A stretch of DNA of 64,000 nucleotides from Alphaproteobacteria bacterium (GTDB taxonomy: Bacteria > Pseudomonadota > Alphaproteobacteria > UBA828): the NCBI GenBank assembly GCA_965221125.1, contig CBDCRW010000005.1:352001-416000 (forward strand). The letters run 5' to 3'. This document shows, one piece after another, positions 20,465-30,115 of the stretch. The stretch's first letter is position 1. The number at the start of each line of letters is the position of its first letter. The position numbers were made by a program, and so were the translations under genes. Below the pieces are notes generated by a model. It had not been told where the DNA came from, made no database searches, and worked only from the letters and a program-made list of their open reading frames with translations.

Positions 20465-23400
20465 TGGCGGAGCAGGCGCGCGGCATGACGCCGGCCCAAC
20501 ACAAGGCGTCGGACCCGGCGGCCTCGGTCTGGGTCGGCGCCTCGGCCGGCACGGGCAAAACCAAGGTGCTGACGGACCGCGTGCTGCGCCTGCTGCTGGG
20601 GGGCACGGCGCCGGAGCGCATCCTCTGCCTCACCTTCACCCGCGCCGCCGCCGCCGAGATGGCGCTCAGGATCACGCGCGAGCTTGCGCGCTGGACCGTG
20701 GCCGATGATGAGGCGCTTGCGGGCACGCTCGCCGCGCTGACCGGCGCCCGGCCGCGGCGGGCCACGCTCGACCGCGCGCGCCGCCTCTTCGCCGCCGTGC
20801 TCGACGTGCCCGACGGCTTGAAAATCCAGACCATCCACGCCTTCTGCCAGTCGCTGCTGCGGCGCTTCCCGCTGGAGGCGGGCGTGGCGCCCAACTTCGA
20901 GATCGCCGACGAGCGCATGAGCACGACGCTGCTGGGCGCGGCCCGCGCGCGCCTGTTGAGCACGGCGCGACCGCAAGCGGACGCCGCCCTGGCATCGGCC
21001 ATGGCCGTCATGACCGCCGTCATCGGCGAGGAGAGTTTTGGGGCGCTGCTGGCGGACGTGAGCCGGGAGCGGGACCGCTTCGCCGCGCTGATCGCGCGTC
21101 ACGGCAGTATCGAGGGCGCAATCGGGGCGCTGCGCGCCCGGCTCGGCGTGGCCGAGGGCGAGACGGCGGAGGGGCTGCTGGCCCAAGCGTGCGCCGACGG
21201 CGCCTTCAACGCGGAGGCCCTTGCGCGTGCCGCCCGCGTGCTCGCCGGCGGGACCGTGACGGACCAGAGGCGCGGGCAGAAGATCGCGGCGTGGCTCGAC
21301 GCCGATCACGCCGGGCGGACGGCAGGCTTTGCCGCCTATCGCCGCGCCTTCTTCAGCCAAAAGGACGAGCCGCTGCAGCGGCTCATCACCAGGAAGCTGG
21401 GCGATGCGCAACCCGAGGCGGCGGACGCGCTGGCCCTGGAGCAGGAGCGGATCGGCGCATTCCTGGCGCGCTGGAATGCTGCCCGCGTCGCCGAGAGCAG
21501 CGCCGCCCTCATCGAGGTCACGGCCCGGCACCTCCGCCTCTACGACGACGAGAAGACCCGTCATGCCGTGCTCGACTACGGCGATCAGATCGCGCGGAGC
21601 CGCAGCCTGCTGGCCCGCGCGGGCATCGCGCCCTGGGTGCTCTACAAGCTCGACGGCGGCCTCGACCATCTGCTGATCGACGAGGCGCAGGACACGAGCC
21701 CGACCCAGTGGGCCGTGATCGCGGCGCTGGCCCAAGAATTCTTCGCCGGCGAGGGCGCGCGGGCCGCGCCGCGCACGCTGTTCGCGGTCGGCGACGAGAA
21801 GCAGTCGATCTTCAGCTTCCAGGGCGCCGATGCACGGGCGCTCGCCGCCGCCCACCGGCAGTTCCGGGAGCGGGCGACGGATGCCGGGCGCCCGTGGGAG
21901 TCGCTGCCGCTCGCCGAATCGTTCCGCTCCACCGGCGCGGTGCTTGCCGCGGTCGATGCCGTGTTCGCCCGGCCCGAGGCGCGGGCCGGCGTCACCGCCG
22001 GGGCGGTGCCGATCCGCCACCGGGTCCACCGCTCAGGCGCCGCCGGGCGGGTCGAGGTGTGGCCGCCCGTCGTGCCCGAGGAGAAGGAGCCGGTCGAGCC
22101 GTGGACGCTGCCGGTCGTGCGCGAGGGCGCCGACGACCCGGCGGCGCGGCTCGCCGGGCTCATCGCGGAGCGGGTCGCGTCGTGGACGCAAGCGCCGGCG
22201 GCGGCCGGGGGCGACGGCTGGCTCGAGGCGCGCGGGCGGGCGATCCGGCCCGGCGACGTGCTGGTGCTGGTGCGTCGGCGCGGCCCCTTCGTGGACCACC
22301 TGCTGCGCGCCTTCAAGAGCCGCGGCGTGCCGGTGGCGGGGATCGACCGCATGGTGCTGACCGAGCAGCTCGCGGTCATGGACCTGATCGCGCTCGGCGC
22401 GTTCTGCCTGCTGCCGGGAGACGACCTGACGCTCGCCACGGTGCTGAAGAGCCCGCTCATCGGGCTCGACGAGGATGCGCTGTTCCGACTCGCCTACGGG
22501 CGCGGCGACGCGAGCCTGTGGGCGACGCTGGCCCGTCGCCGCGGAGAGGACGAGGCATTTGCGCGCGCTCATGAGGCGTTGGTCGCCTACCGCAGCGCTG
22601 CGGACGCGATGGCGCCGTTCGAGTTCTACAGCGAGGTGCTGGGCGCGCGCGGCGGGCGGGCGGCGCTGCTCGGCCGCCTCGGCCCCGAATCGGGAGACGC
22701 GATCGAGGAGTTTTTGGCGCTCGCGCTGGCGTACGGCCGCGCGCACCCGCCTTCGCTCCAGGGTTTTTTGCACTGGATCCAGGACGGGCGCGCGGAGATT
22801 GCGCGCGACTTCGAGCAGGGCCGGGACGAGGTGCGGATCATGACAGTGCACGGCGCCAAGGGGCTGGAGGCGCCGGTGGTCTTTCTCCCCGATACTATGC
22901 GCAAGCCCCTCGCCAGGGACCCCCTCGTCTGGCTGGAGGAGGAGCGGGCGGACCTTGGCGTCGGCGCGGCGGAGGGTGTGCTCTTTCCCGGCCGGGCAGA
23001 CCGCGAGGACCCAGTTACGCGCGAAGCCCGTGCCCAGGCTCGCACTGCTCAGGAGGAGGAATACCGCCGGCTTCTCTACGTCGCCATGACCCGCGCCGAG
23101 GACCGGCTCTACGTGTGCGGCTGGCAGGGCCGGGACACGCCGCCCGAGGATTGCTGGTACGCGCTGGTGCGCTCAGGGATGGAGGGCCTGGGCGGGGTCG
23201 GGACCTTGGCGGGGCCGGAGGGCGACGCCCTGGTCTATGCCGACCCGCAGACCGCGCCGCTCCCTCCGCCTGCCGCGCCGGTGACGGCGAGCGATGCGCC
23301 CCCGCCGCTACCGCCAGAGCTGCTGGCGCCACCTGCCGCCGAGACGCCGACGCCGCGTCCGCTCGCGCCCTCCCGCGCTCTGGCTGAACCCTCGCACGGC

Positions 23401-23883
23401 TCGCCCATCGACAAGAGTGCGGAGCAGGCGCGGTTACGAGGGATTGCTGCGCACAAGCTGCTTGAGCATTTGCCGGCGCTGGCGCCTGCCGAGAGGCGCG
23501 GCGCGGCGCGGCGCTTGCTGAAGTCTTCCGGTCTCGGTCACGGCGAGCAGGAGAAGCTGGCCGCGTCAATGATCGCCGTCATCGAGAATCCCGAGTACGC
23601 GCCCTATTTCGCACCCGACACTCTGGCCGAGGCGCCCATCAGCGCCGTCGTGGGCAAGCGGGTGATCTCCGGCCAGATCGACCGCCTGCTGGTGCGCGAG
23701 CGGGAGGTGATCGCGCTTGACTACAAGACCGGCCGCGCCCCGCCGGAGGACGGGAGCGACGTGCCCGAAGTCTATCGTGCCCAGATGGAGAGCTACCGCG
23801 CGGCGCTGGCTGCCGTCTTCCCGGACCGCAAGATTACCTGTGGCCTGCTCTTCGTCGACGCCCCCCGCCTGATCTGGTTGTAG
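20464..23883 (+). CDS. addA: Double-strand break repair helicase AddA
   Basis: SAGTGKT, DEAQDT, VGDEKQSI, TVHGAKGLE, YVAMTRA, nuclease GQIDRL..DYKTG. Confidence 0.95.
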   Translation: MAEQARGMTPAQHKASDPAASVWVGASAGTGKTKVLTDRVLRLLLGGTAPERILCLTFTRAAAAEMALRITRELARWTVADDEALAGTLAALTGARPRRATLDRARRLFAAVLDVPDGLKIQTIHAFCQSLLRRFPLEAGVAPNFEIADERMSTTLLGAARARLLSTARPQADAALASAMAVMTAVIGEESFGALLADVSRERDRFAALIARHGSIEGAIGALRARLGVAEGETAEGLLAQACADGAFNAEALARAARVLAGGTVTDQRRGQKIAAWLDADHAGRTAGFAAYRRAFFSQKDEPLQRLITRKLGDAQPEAADALALEQERIGAFLARWNAARVAESSAALIEVTARHLRLYDDEKTRHAVLDYGDQIARSRSLLARAGIAPWVLYKLDGGLDHLLIDEAQDTSPTQWAVIAALAQEFFAGEGARAAPRTLFAVGDEKQSIFSFQGADARALAAAHRQFRERATDAGRPWESLPLAESFRSTGAVLAAVDAVFARPEARAGVTAGAVPIRHRVHRSGAAGRVEVWPPVVPEEKEPVEPWTLPVVREGADDPAARLAGLIAERVASWTQAPAAAGGDGWLEARGRAIRPGDVLVLVRRRGPFVDHLLRAFKSRGVPVAGIDRMVLTEQLAVMDLIALGAFCLLPGDDLTLATVLKSPLIGLDEDALFRLAYGRGDASLWATLARRRGEDEAFARAHEALVAYRSAADAMAPFEFYSEVLGARGGRAALLGRLGPESGDAIEEFLALALAYGRAHPPSLQGFLHWIQDGRAEIARDFEQGRDEVRIMTVHGAKGLEAPVVFLPDTMRKPLARDPLVWLEEERADLGVGAAEGVLFPGRADREDPVTREARAQARTAQEEEYRRLLYVAMTRAEDRLYVCGWQGRDTPPEDCWYALVRSGMEGLGGVGTLAGPEGDALVYADPQTAPLPPPAAPVTASDAPPPLPPELLAPPAAETPTPRPLAPSRALAEPSHGSPIDKSAEQARLRGIAAHKLLEHLPALAPAERRGAARRLLKSSGLGHGEQEKLAASMIAVIENPEYAPYFAPDTLAEAPISAVVGKRVISGQIDRLLVREREVIALDYKTGRAPPEDGSDVPEVYRAQMESYRAALAAVFPDRKITCGLLFVDAPRLIWL

Positions 23884-23899
23884 GCGGGAGCGCTCTACG

Positions 23900-24802
23900 T
23901 CAGCCGGCGAAGCGGTGCTCCGGCAGGCCGCGCACGCCGAGGCCCGAGACCGCGAGGATGCCGCCGCCGTGGGGCTGCGGCTTCGACGCCTCGCCGAATA
24001 TCTTCTGGGCCTCGGGGCCGAGGAAGTCGGTGCGGCCCATGGAGGTGAGGTAGGCCACGTCGAGGTTCTCGCCGCCGAACATGATGCTGGTGATGGTCTT
24101 GGTCGGTACCGGCACGCGGCGGTCCACCGTGCCGTCCGGCGCGTAGCGGACGAGCTGGCCGGAGACGATCTGCGCGTTCCAGAGATAGCCCTCGGCATCC
24201 ACCGTCGAGCCGTCGGGGATGCCGGGCTCGTCGTGGGTGTTGGCGAAGACGCGCTTGTTGGAGATCGCGCCGGTCTCGATGTCGTAGTCGTAGGCGTAGA
24301 TCTCCTGCATGTAGGAATCGGTGTGATAGAAGGTTTTGTTGTCGGGGCTCCAGCTCGGCCCGTTGTTGCAGATGATGCCGCGCTCCAGCTCGTGCACGGT
24401 GAGGTCGGGGTCGAGCCGGAAGAGGCCGCAGATGGGCGATTCCGAGATCTCGTCCTCGCCGCCGGCGAAGAAGCGGCCGCGGCGATCCACCTTGCCGTCG
24501 TTGAAGAGCGAGCGGGGCTCGTCCGCGTCGACCTCGGCGATCAGCTCCGTCTCGCCCGTATCGAGGTCCATGAAGTAGAAGCCGTCCCGCATGGTGAGCA
24601 CGCCGCCCCCCTGCTCGCGGAGCGCGAACGCGCCCACGGTCTTGGGCATGGTCCAGGTGCGGGTCCTGCCGGTGCGGGGGTCGAGGCGCCAGACCTCCTT
24701 GTCGAGCATGTCGACCCAGTAGAGGACGCCGTCCACCGGGTCCCAGACGGGCCCCTCGCCGAGATAGTTCTTGGCCTCCACCACGCATTCGATCCTGACC
24801 AT
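23900..24802 (-). CDS. SMP-30/gluconolactonase family protein
   Basis: LGEGPVW, FNDGKVD, NGPSWSPD, PDGSTVDAEG; ATG at 24802 after GAGGGAGG. Confidence 0.9.
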   Translation of the reverse strand: MVRIECVVEAKNYLGEGPVWDPVDGVLYWVDMLDKEVWRLDPRTGRTRTWTMPKTVGAFALREQGGGVLTMRDGFYFMDLDTGETELIAEVDADEPRSLFNDGKVDRRGRFFAGGEDEISESPICGLFRLDPDLTVHELERGIICNNGPSWSPDNKTFYHTDSYMQEIYAYDYDIETGAISNKRVFANTHDEPGIPDGSTVDAEGYLWNAQIVSGQLVRYAPDGTVDRRVPVPTKTITSIMFGGENLDVAYLTSMGRTDFLGPEAQKIFGEASKPQPHGGGILAVSGLGVRGLPEHRFAG

Positions 24803-24939
24803 TGCAGCCTCCCTCGGCATTCGCCCGACCCTCCCCCGCCGGCGCGGAGCCGGCAGGCAGAGGAGCCGGGATCCGGCAACTATACGCCTGAACGTGCGCG
24901 GGCGGAGTCTCCGAGGCGCTGCGCGTCCGTGGCTCTGCG

Positions 24940-25353
24940 TCAGCACCCCATGACCCGCAGGTGGCCTTCCTTGCCATAGGCGAGCAGGTGGCGATCGCGA
25001 GTGACCAGCGTGTGGCCGAACGTGCGCGCGGTCGCGGCGAGGATGCGGTCCACCGGGTCGGCGGGTGGTGCGCCGGGAAGCGCGCAGGATTGGATCAGCA
25101 CCGCGGGCGGCAGTTCAGCGAGCGCCAGCCCCGGCAGCCCGAGGAAACGATCGAACCATACCTCGGGGTCGAGCGAGAGCGCGATCTTGGCCTTAGCCGC
25201 GAGCATTGCGACCTCCCACGCGGTCATGGGAGACACCGCGAGCGTGCTGCCATCAGCACATGCCTCGCGTAGCACGCTCGCGGCCGGCTCCCGCAGCGGA
25301 TCGCCGTTGGCAATCCAGATGACCGTGCAGGTGTCGAGCAAGTAGACGGCCAT
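24940..25353 (-). CDS. PIN-domain VapC-like toxin
   Basis: YLLDT, SxxTAWE, DPVDRILAA, LVTRD. Confidence 0.9.
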   Translation of the reverse strand: MAVYLLDTCTVIWIANGDPLREPAASVLREACADGSTLAVSPMTAWEVAMLAAKAKIALSLDPEVWFDRFLGLPGLALAELPPAVLIQSCALPGAPPADPVDRILAATARTFGHTLVTRDRHLLAYGKEGHLRVMGC

Positions 25354-25359
25354 CGCCGG

Positions 25360-25782
25360 CTACCGCGCAGCCTCCCAATCCGCCTCGACCGGCGCGGTCA
25401 GGTCGGTTTCTGGATGGATCGTCACGGTGCCCTTCAGCGCGCCGAAGACGCTAGAGAAGGAACCGGCCTCGGCGGCCGCGTGGGCAGGCGCCGCATCCCG
25501 CAGCGCAGGGGCGCCGGACCCAGGCGGCGGCGGATATTGCGCTGCCTTGACGAACACGAGCTTCTTTGCGGCCATGTCCACGTTCTCCGTCTTGTAGCCT
25601 GCCTCGAGCCAGGATCGGGTGATCGAGCTGTTGGACGGGTTGTTCGACCACCACGGCCGATGCTTGAAGGCCGAGGGCGGTAGGTCCGCGCCGATCACCC
25701 GCGCGATGTCGGCGAAGGTCATGGGCACCGCGTCCTGCCCCGATTCGCGCAGGTGGGCTTCCAGGGCTGCGTACTTGGTCAT
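25360..25782 (-). CDS. Putative antitoxin with an atypical N-terminal domain (KY..L..hL..TF..I..LPxSA..WWSN; DUF7662-like)
   Basis: 6 bp upstream of the PIN gene; C-tail FGALKG..DLTAP..W resembles antitoxin tails; AGGAG RBS. Confidence 0.7.
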   Translation of the reverse strand: MTKYAALEAHLRESGQDAVPMTFADIARVIGADLPPSAFKHRPWWSNNPSNSSITRSWLEAGYKTENVDMAAKKLVFVKAAQYPPPPGSGAPALRDAAPAHAAAEAGSFSSVFGALKGTVTIHPETDLTAPVEADWEAAR

Positions 25783-25959
25783 GTAGAATGCTCCTGTAGT
25801 AGAGTTAGTATTAGTAGTATACCTATATGCACGCCGTCAAGCGCCAATTGAAGGGACACACTGCCGGCCCCGCCCATTGCCTGCCTGAGCGTCTCGGGCG
25901 TACCGTGGCCGGCCAGTCCGCGCCGCTCTGCCGGCGGCGCCTTTCCGGGACGAGACGCG

Positions 25960-27210
25960 ATGACCGTTGAGGAGGCGCCCGGCCGCGGGCAGGCCCGCGT
26001 CATCGGGCTGATCTCGCTCGCCCACGGCGCGAGCCACTTCTACCAGCTGGCGCTGCCGCCGCTCTTCCCGCATCTCAAGGAGGCGTTCGCGGTCAGCTAC
26101 ACCGAGCTTGGCACGCTGATGACCGTGTTCTACGTGAGCTCCGGCGTTGCGCAGACTGGGGCGGGCTTCCTGGTCGATCGCTTCCCGGCGCGCACGGTGC
26201 TTCTGAGCGGGCTCGCGCTGCTGTGCGCCGCGATCATGCTGATGGGATTCGCGCCGGCGTTCTGGATGCTGTTCCCGCTGGCCGTGCTGGCGGGGCTCGG
26301 CAACAGCGTGTTCCACCCGGCCGACCTCTCGATCCTCACCGCCAGCGTCCGCCGCACGCGACACGGCCGCGCCTACGGCTTCCATACCCTCGGCGGCAAT
26401 CTCGGCTACGCGCTTGCGCCGATCGTGATGGTCGGGCTCGCGCTGGAGCTTGGCTGGCGCTCCGCGCTGGTGGTGGCCGGGGCGGGCGGACTGGTTCTCT
26501 TCCTGCTGCTGCTGTTGAACCGGCGCCTGTTCCTTGACGCGCAGGACGAAGCGCATCCCGTGCCTGCCCCGCCGGCTGCGGCGAACCGGCCGGAGGCTCC
26601 GCTCTGGCGCCGGCCGTTCGCCGCCCTGCGCCACGGGTTCGCGCCTCTGCTATCGGCGCCGGTATGGCTCTGCTTCGCCTTCTTCGTGCTCCTGAGCGGG
26701 GCCACCATCGGGCTGCAGTCGTTCTTCCCGGCGCTGATGGACCAGCTCTACGGCCTGCCGATCGCCGAGGGCGCGCCGCTCCTCTCCGTCTTCCTCTTCG
26801 GCGCATCGGGGGGCGTGCTGCTCGGCGGCTTCCTGGCCGAGCGGGTGGGCGCGCGGCACCAGGTGGTGATCGCCACGGGCCTCGCCTCCGCCGCCGCGTT
26901 CTTCGTCGCCATCAGCCTCGGCCTCTTCCCGGCCGCCCTGCTGGGCGTGCCCTTCGCGCTGGCCGGCATCCTGGTCGGGCTCACCATGCCGTCCCGCGAC
27001 ATGCTGGTGCGCGAGACCGCCGCAGCCAGCGCCAGGGGGCGGGTCTTCGGCTTCGTCTATTCGGGCCTCGACGTGGGCGCCGCCGCCGCGCCGCTGATCG
27101 TGGGGCTGCTGCTCGACCACGGCAATCCCCGCGCGGCGCTGTGGCTGATCGCGGCGCTGCTCCTGCTCGCTATCGTGAGCGCCGTCGCCGCGAAGGCGCG
27201 ACGGGGCTGA
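25960..27210 (+). CDS. MFS transporter (Fsr-like)
   Basis: About 12 hydrophobic segments, GFLVDRF, GLGNSVFHP. Confidence 0.88.
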   Translation: MTVEEAPGRGQARVIGLISLAHGASHFYQLALPPLFPHLKEAFAVSYTELGTLMTVFYVSSGVAQTGAGFLVDRFPARTVLLSGLALLCAAIMLMGFAPAFWMLFPLAVLAGLGNSVFHPADLSILTASVRRTRHGRAYGFHTLGGNLGYALAPIVMVGLALELGWRSALVVAGAGGLVLFLLLLLNRRLFLDAQDEAHPVPAPPAAANRPEAPLWRRPFAALRHGFAPLLSAPVWLCFAFFVLLSGATIGLQSFFPALMDQLYGLPIAEGAPLLSVFLFGASGGVLLGGFLAERVGARHQVVIATGLASAAAFFVAISLGLFPAALLGVPFALAGILVGLTMPSRDMLVRETAAASARGRVFGFVYSGLDVGAAAAPLIVGLLLDHGNPRAALWLIAALLLLAIVSAVAAKARRG

Positions 27211-27291
27211 GCAGGTAGAGCACGTCATGCGCTACAATCGGCCCGCCCGGCGCGCGGGCGTTCGTGTTCCCCTCTGCAATCGGTGATCGGC

Positions 27292-28353
27292 ATGGTCAGC
27301 TTCGGCTTGTTCTGTCTCATGGGCTATCGGGATCGGGGCAGCCCGGTTTCCGACGTGCTCGGCAACGCGGTGCAGATGGTGCGGTGGGCGGAGGAGGCCG
27401 GATTCGAGGCCGCCTGGTTCGCGGAGCACCACTTCTCCAACTACTGCGTCTGCCCCTCGCCGCTGCTGATGGTCAATCACTGCGCGGGCCTGACGAAGCG
27501 CATCAAGCTCGGGCCTGCGGTGATCGTGGTGCCGCTCTATCACCCGGTGCGGCTCCTCTCCGAGATCGGCATGACCCAGGCGCTCTGCGGCGACCGCCTG
27601 CTGCTGGGGCTCGGCAGCGGCTATCAGCCCTACGAGTTCGAGCGCTTCGACGCCGACCTCGGCCGCTCCAAGGCGGAGCTGGAGGAGTTCCTCGCGCTCT
27701 TGGACCGGGCTTACGCGAACGAGACCTTCACCTTCGACGGCGACTTCACCACCCTGCCGGAGACCTGCATCAGCACGCGCCCGCCGGGCGGCGTGCCGCC
27801 GATCTGGGTCGCGGGCGATTCGGAATCGACGCACCGGCTGGCTGCGCGGCGGGGCTTCGTGCCGATCATCACCGGCCGCTGGTTCGGCGCCGGCTACCTG
27901 GCCGAGCAGCGCCAGCGCATCGATGCGTCCTACGCCGCCGAGGGCATGGGCGACGCGAACCACGAGCTGGGCATCCTGCGCTTCGTCTGCGTGACCGAGA
28001 GCGACGAGGAGACGCGCGACTACCTGGTCAACGCGCGCCAGCAGATGCGCTTCGCCGCGGCGCTCCGCAACCGGCAGGAGACGATGGAGGGCGGCATGCT
28101 CGTCGAGCGGCCGTTCGCCGGCGAGCCGCCGCTGGACGAGATGGCGGCGAACCTGCCGGTGGGCGATGCCGCCACGGTGGCGGAGAGGCTCGCCGCCGAC
28201 ATCCGCGCCTCGCGTGCCAGCCACATGATGCTGAACATCCAGGCGGCGGGCTCGACCATGGCGCAGGCCGAGCGCACCATCCGCGCCTTCGCGAGCGAGA
28301 TCAGGCCCGCCATTGAGCGCGCCCTTGCGGAGGATTCCGGCGCTGAGAATTAG
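27292..28353 (+). CDS. LLM-class flavin-dependent oxidoreductase
   Basis: WFAEHHF, PLYHPVRL, LGLGSGY, PIWVAG. Confidence 0.88.
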   Translation: MVSFGLFCLMGYRDRGSPVSDVLGNAVQMVRWAEEAGFEAAWFAEHHFSNYCVCPSPLLMVNHCAGLTKRIKLGPAVIVVPLYHPVRLLSEIGMTQALCGDRLLLGLGSGYQPYEFERFDADLGRSKAELEEFLALLDRAYANETFTFDGDFTTLPETCISTRPPGGVPPIWVAGDSESTHRLAARRGFVPIITGRWFGAGYLAEQRQRIDASYAAEGMGDANHELGILRFVCVTESDEETRDYLVNARQQMRFAAALRNRQETMEGGMLVERPFAGEPPLDEMAANLPVGDAATVAERLAADIRASRASHMMLNIQAAGSTMAQAERTIRAFASEIRPAIERALAEDSGAEN

Positions 28354-28588
28354 AGCGATTTCCGACCTTACGAGATCATTGCGGCCCGAGCGTTCCCACC
28401 TCCCCCTGTCCCCCTCCGCCCAATGGGCAGAGGGGGGACGCAAGTCGGCACCGCCTTTTCTCCCTCTCCGCCCCTGGGGGCGGAGAGGGTTGGGGAGAGG
28501 TGGGGGATTCTTTTCTGGCCGCGCAGCACTTGAAGGCGTGACTCTGCGGTAACCGCGAACGATTCCATCCGGTCGGAAATCGCTCTAG
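28351..28588. mobile_element. MITE-like element with perfect 17-bp terminal inverted repeats
   Basis: TAGAGCGATTTCCGACC (28351-28367) / GGTCGGAAATCGCTCTA (28571-28587); internal CCCTCTCCGCCCC-T-GGGGGCGGAGAGGG type palindromes. Confidence 0.75.
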
Positions 28589-28740
28589 CCCGGACCATGG
28601 TGCGGTTCACGGCGCGCGGCGGGCGGGTCAGAATCGCGACATGGCGTGCAGGGGCGAGCAGGGTCCGGCGGGTGGTATCGGCGGGTTGCCGCCCTGCGCC
28701 GGGGAATGCCCCGCGCCGGGGAACGCCCTTCCCGCCATCT

Positions 28741-28885
28741 TGGACCACTTTGGGCCACCTTGGGCCACTTTGGGCCGCTTTGGACCACCTCGTGGAGCGG
28801 GTTCTTGGGCCACCTTGGACCACTTTAGGCCACTTTGGTCCACTTTGGGCCGGCGTGGGCCGGTTTGGGCCGGTTTGGGCCGCAT
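28741..28885. repeat. 10-bp tandem repeat array, 5 + 8 copies (consensus TGGRCCACYT)
   Basis: Units read directly at 28741-28790 and 28806-28885 with a 15-bp spacer. Confidence 0.93.
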
Positions 28886-28964
28886 GATTCCGCAAGAAGC
28901 ATCGTGAACGTCTCGCCGGGACGGGGCGGCGGGCGCGGCTCGCGGCAGAGTTGCGGAATCGGGC

Positions 28965-30090
28965 TTAGCCCTTGCCCGCGCCCTCCGCTGCTCCGCCGAT
29001 ACGGGCCGCGAGCGATGCCGCGAGGAAGCCGTCGATCTCGCCGTCGAGCACGGCATCCGGGTTGCTGCTTTCGACCCCGGTTCGCAGGTCCTTCACCATG
29101 CGGTAGGGCTGCAGCACGTAGGAGCGGATCTGGTGGCCCCAGCCGATGTCGCTCTTCTGCTCGGCGAGCGCCTGCGCCTCGGCCTCGCGCTCCTGCAACG
29201 CCTGCTCGTAGAGGCGCGCGCGCAGCATCGACATGGCCTCGGCCTTGTTGCGGTGCTGCGAGCGCTCGGCCTGGCATTGCACGACGATGTTGGTGGGCAG
29301 GTGGGTGATGCGGACCGCGCTGTCGGTCCGGTTGACGTGCTGCCCGCCGGCGCCTGAGGCGCGGTAGGTGTCGATCCTGAGGTCCTTGTCCGCGATGTCG
29401 ATGTCGATGGTCTCGTCCACCACGGGGTAGACCCAGACCGAGGCGAAGCTCGTGTGGCGCCGCGCGCCCGCATCGAAGGGAGAGATCCGGACCAGGCGGT
29501 GCACGCCGCTCTCGGTCTTGAGCCAGCCGTAGGCGCTCTCTCCGGAAACCTTGATGACGGCGGACTTGATCCCCGCCTCCTCGCCGGGGCTCTCCTCGAT
29601 CCACTCGGCCTTGTAGCCGCGCTGCTCCGCCCAGCGCACGTACATGCGGAGCAGCATCTCCGCCCAGTCCTGGGATTCGGTGCCGCCGGCGCCGGCATGG
29701 ACCTCGAGGAAGCCGTCGTTGCCGTCGGCCTCGCCCGAGAGCAGGCTCTCGAGCTCGCGCCGCTTCGCCTCCGCGCGGGTCTTGGCAAGGGCGGATTCCG
29801 CCTCGCCGTAGGCCTCCTCGTCGGATTCCTCGTCCGCCAGCTCGGCAAGCGCAAGGGCGTCGTCCAGCTCCTGCTCGAGTCGCCGGTAGGTGCCGATCGC
29901 GGCATCGAGCCGGGTGCGCTCCTGCATCACGGTGCGGGCGCGCTCGGCATCGTTCCAGAGGTCCGGGTCCTCGGCCTCGCGGTTCAGCACCTCCAGGCGC
30001 GCGCGGGTGGCGTCGAGGTCAAAGGTGCCTCCTCAGCAGCGCCAGCGACTGCTTGATGTCTTCGGCAAGCGACAGGACTTCGGCGCGCAT
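28965..30090 (-). CDS. prfB: Peptide chain release factor 2, programmed +1 frameshift
   Basis: ATG at 30090, 23 codons, AGGAGG then CTT TGA C at 30024-30018; SPF and GGQ motifs. Confidence 0.96.
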
Positions 30091-30115
30091 CGGATCGGCC
30101 CCCTCCGGTGGGCGC

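Noticed and set aside
28741-28885. CRISPR array or repeat-protein CDS
   Set aside because: Units are 10 bp and abut without unique spacers, and no cas genes are present. The overlapping ORFs (PKVAQSGPKW-like) arise in several frames from the repeat and lack an RBS or recognisable domain.
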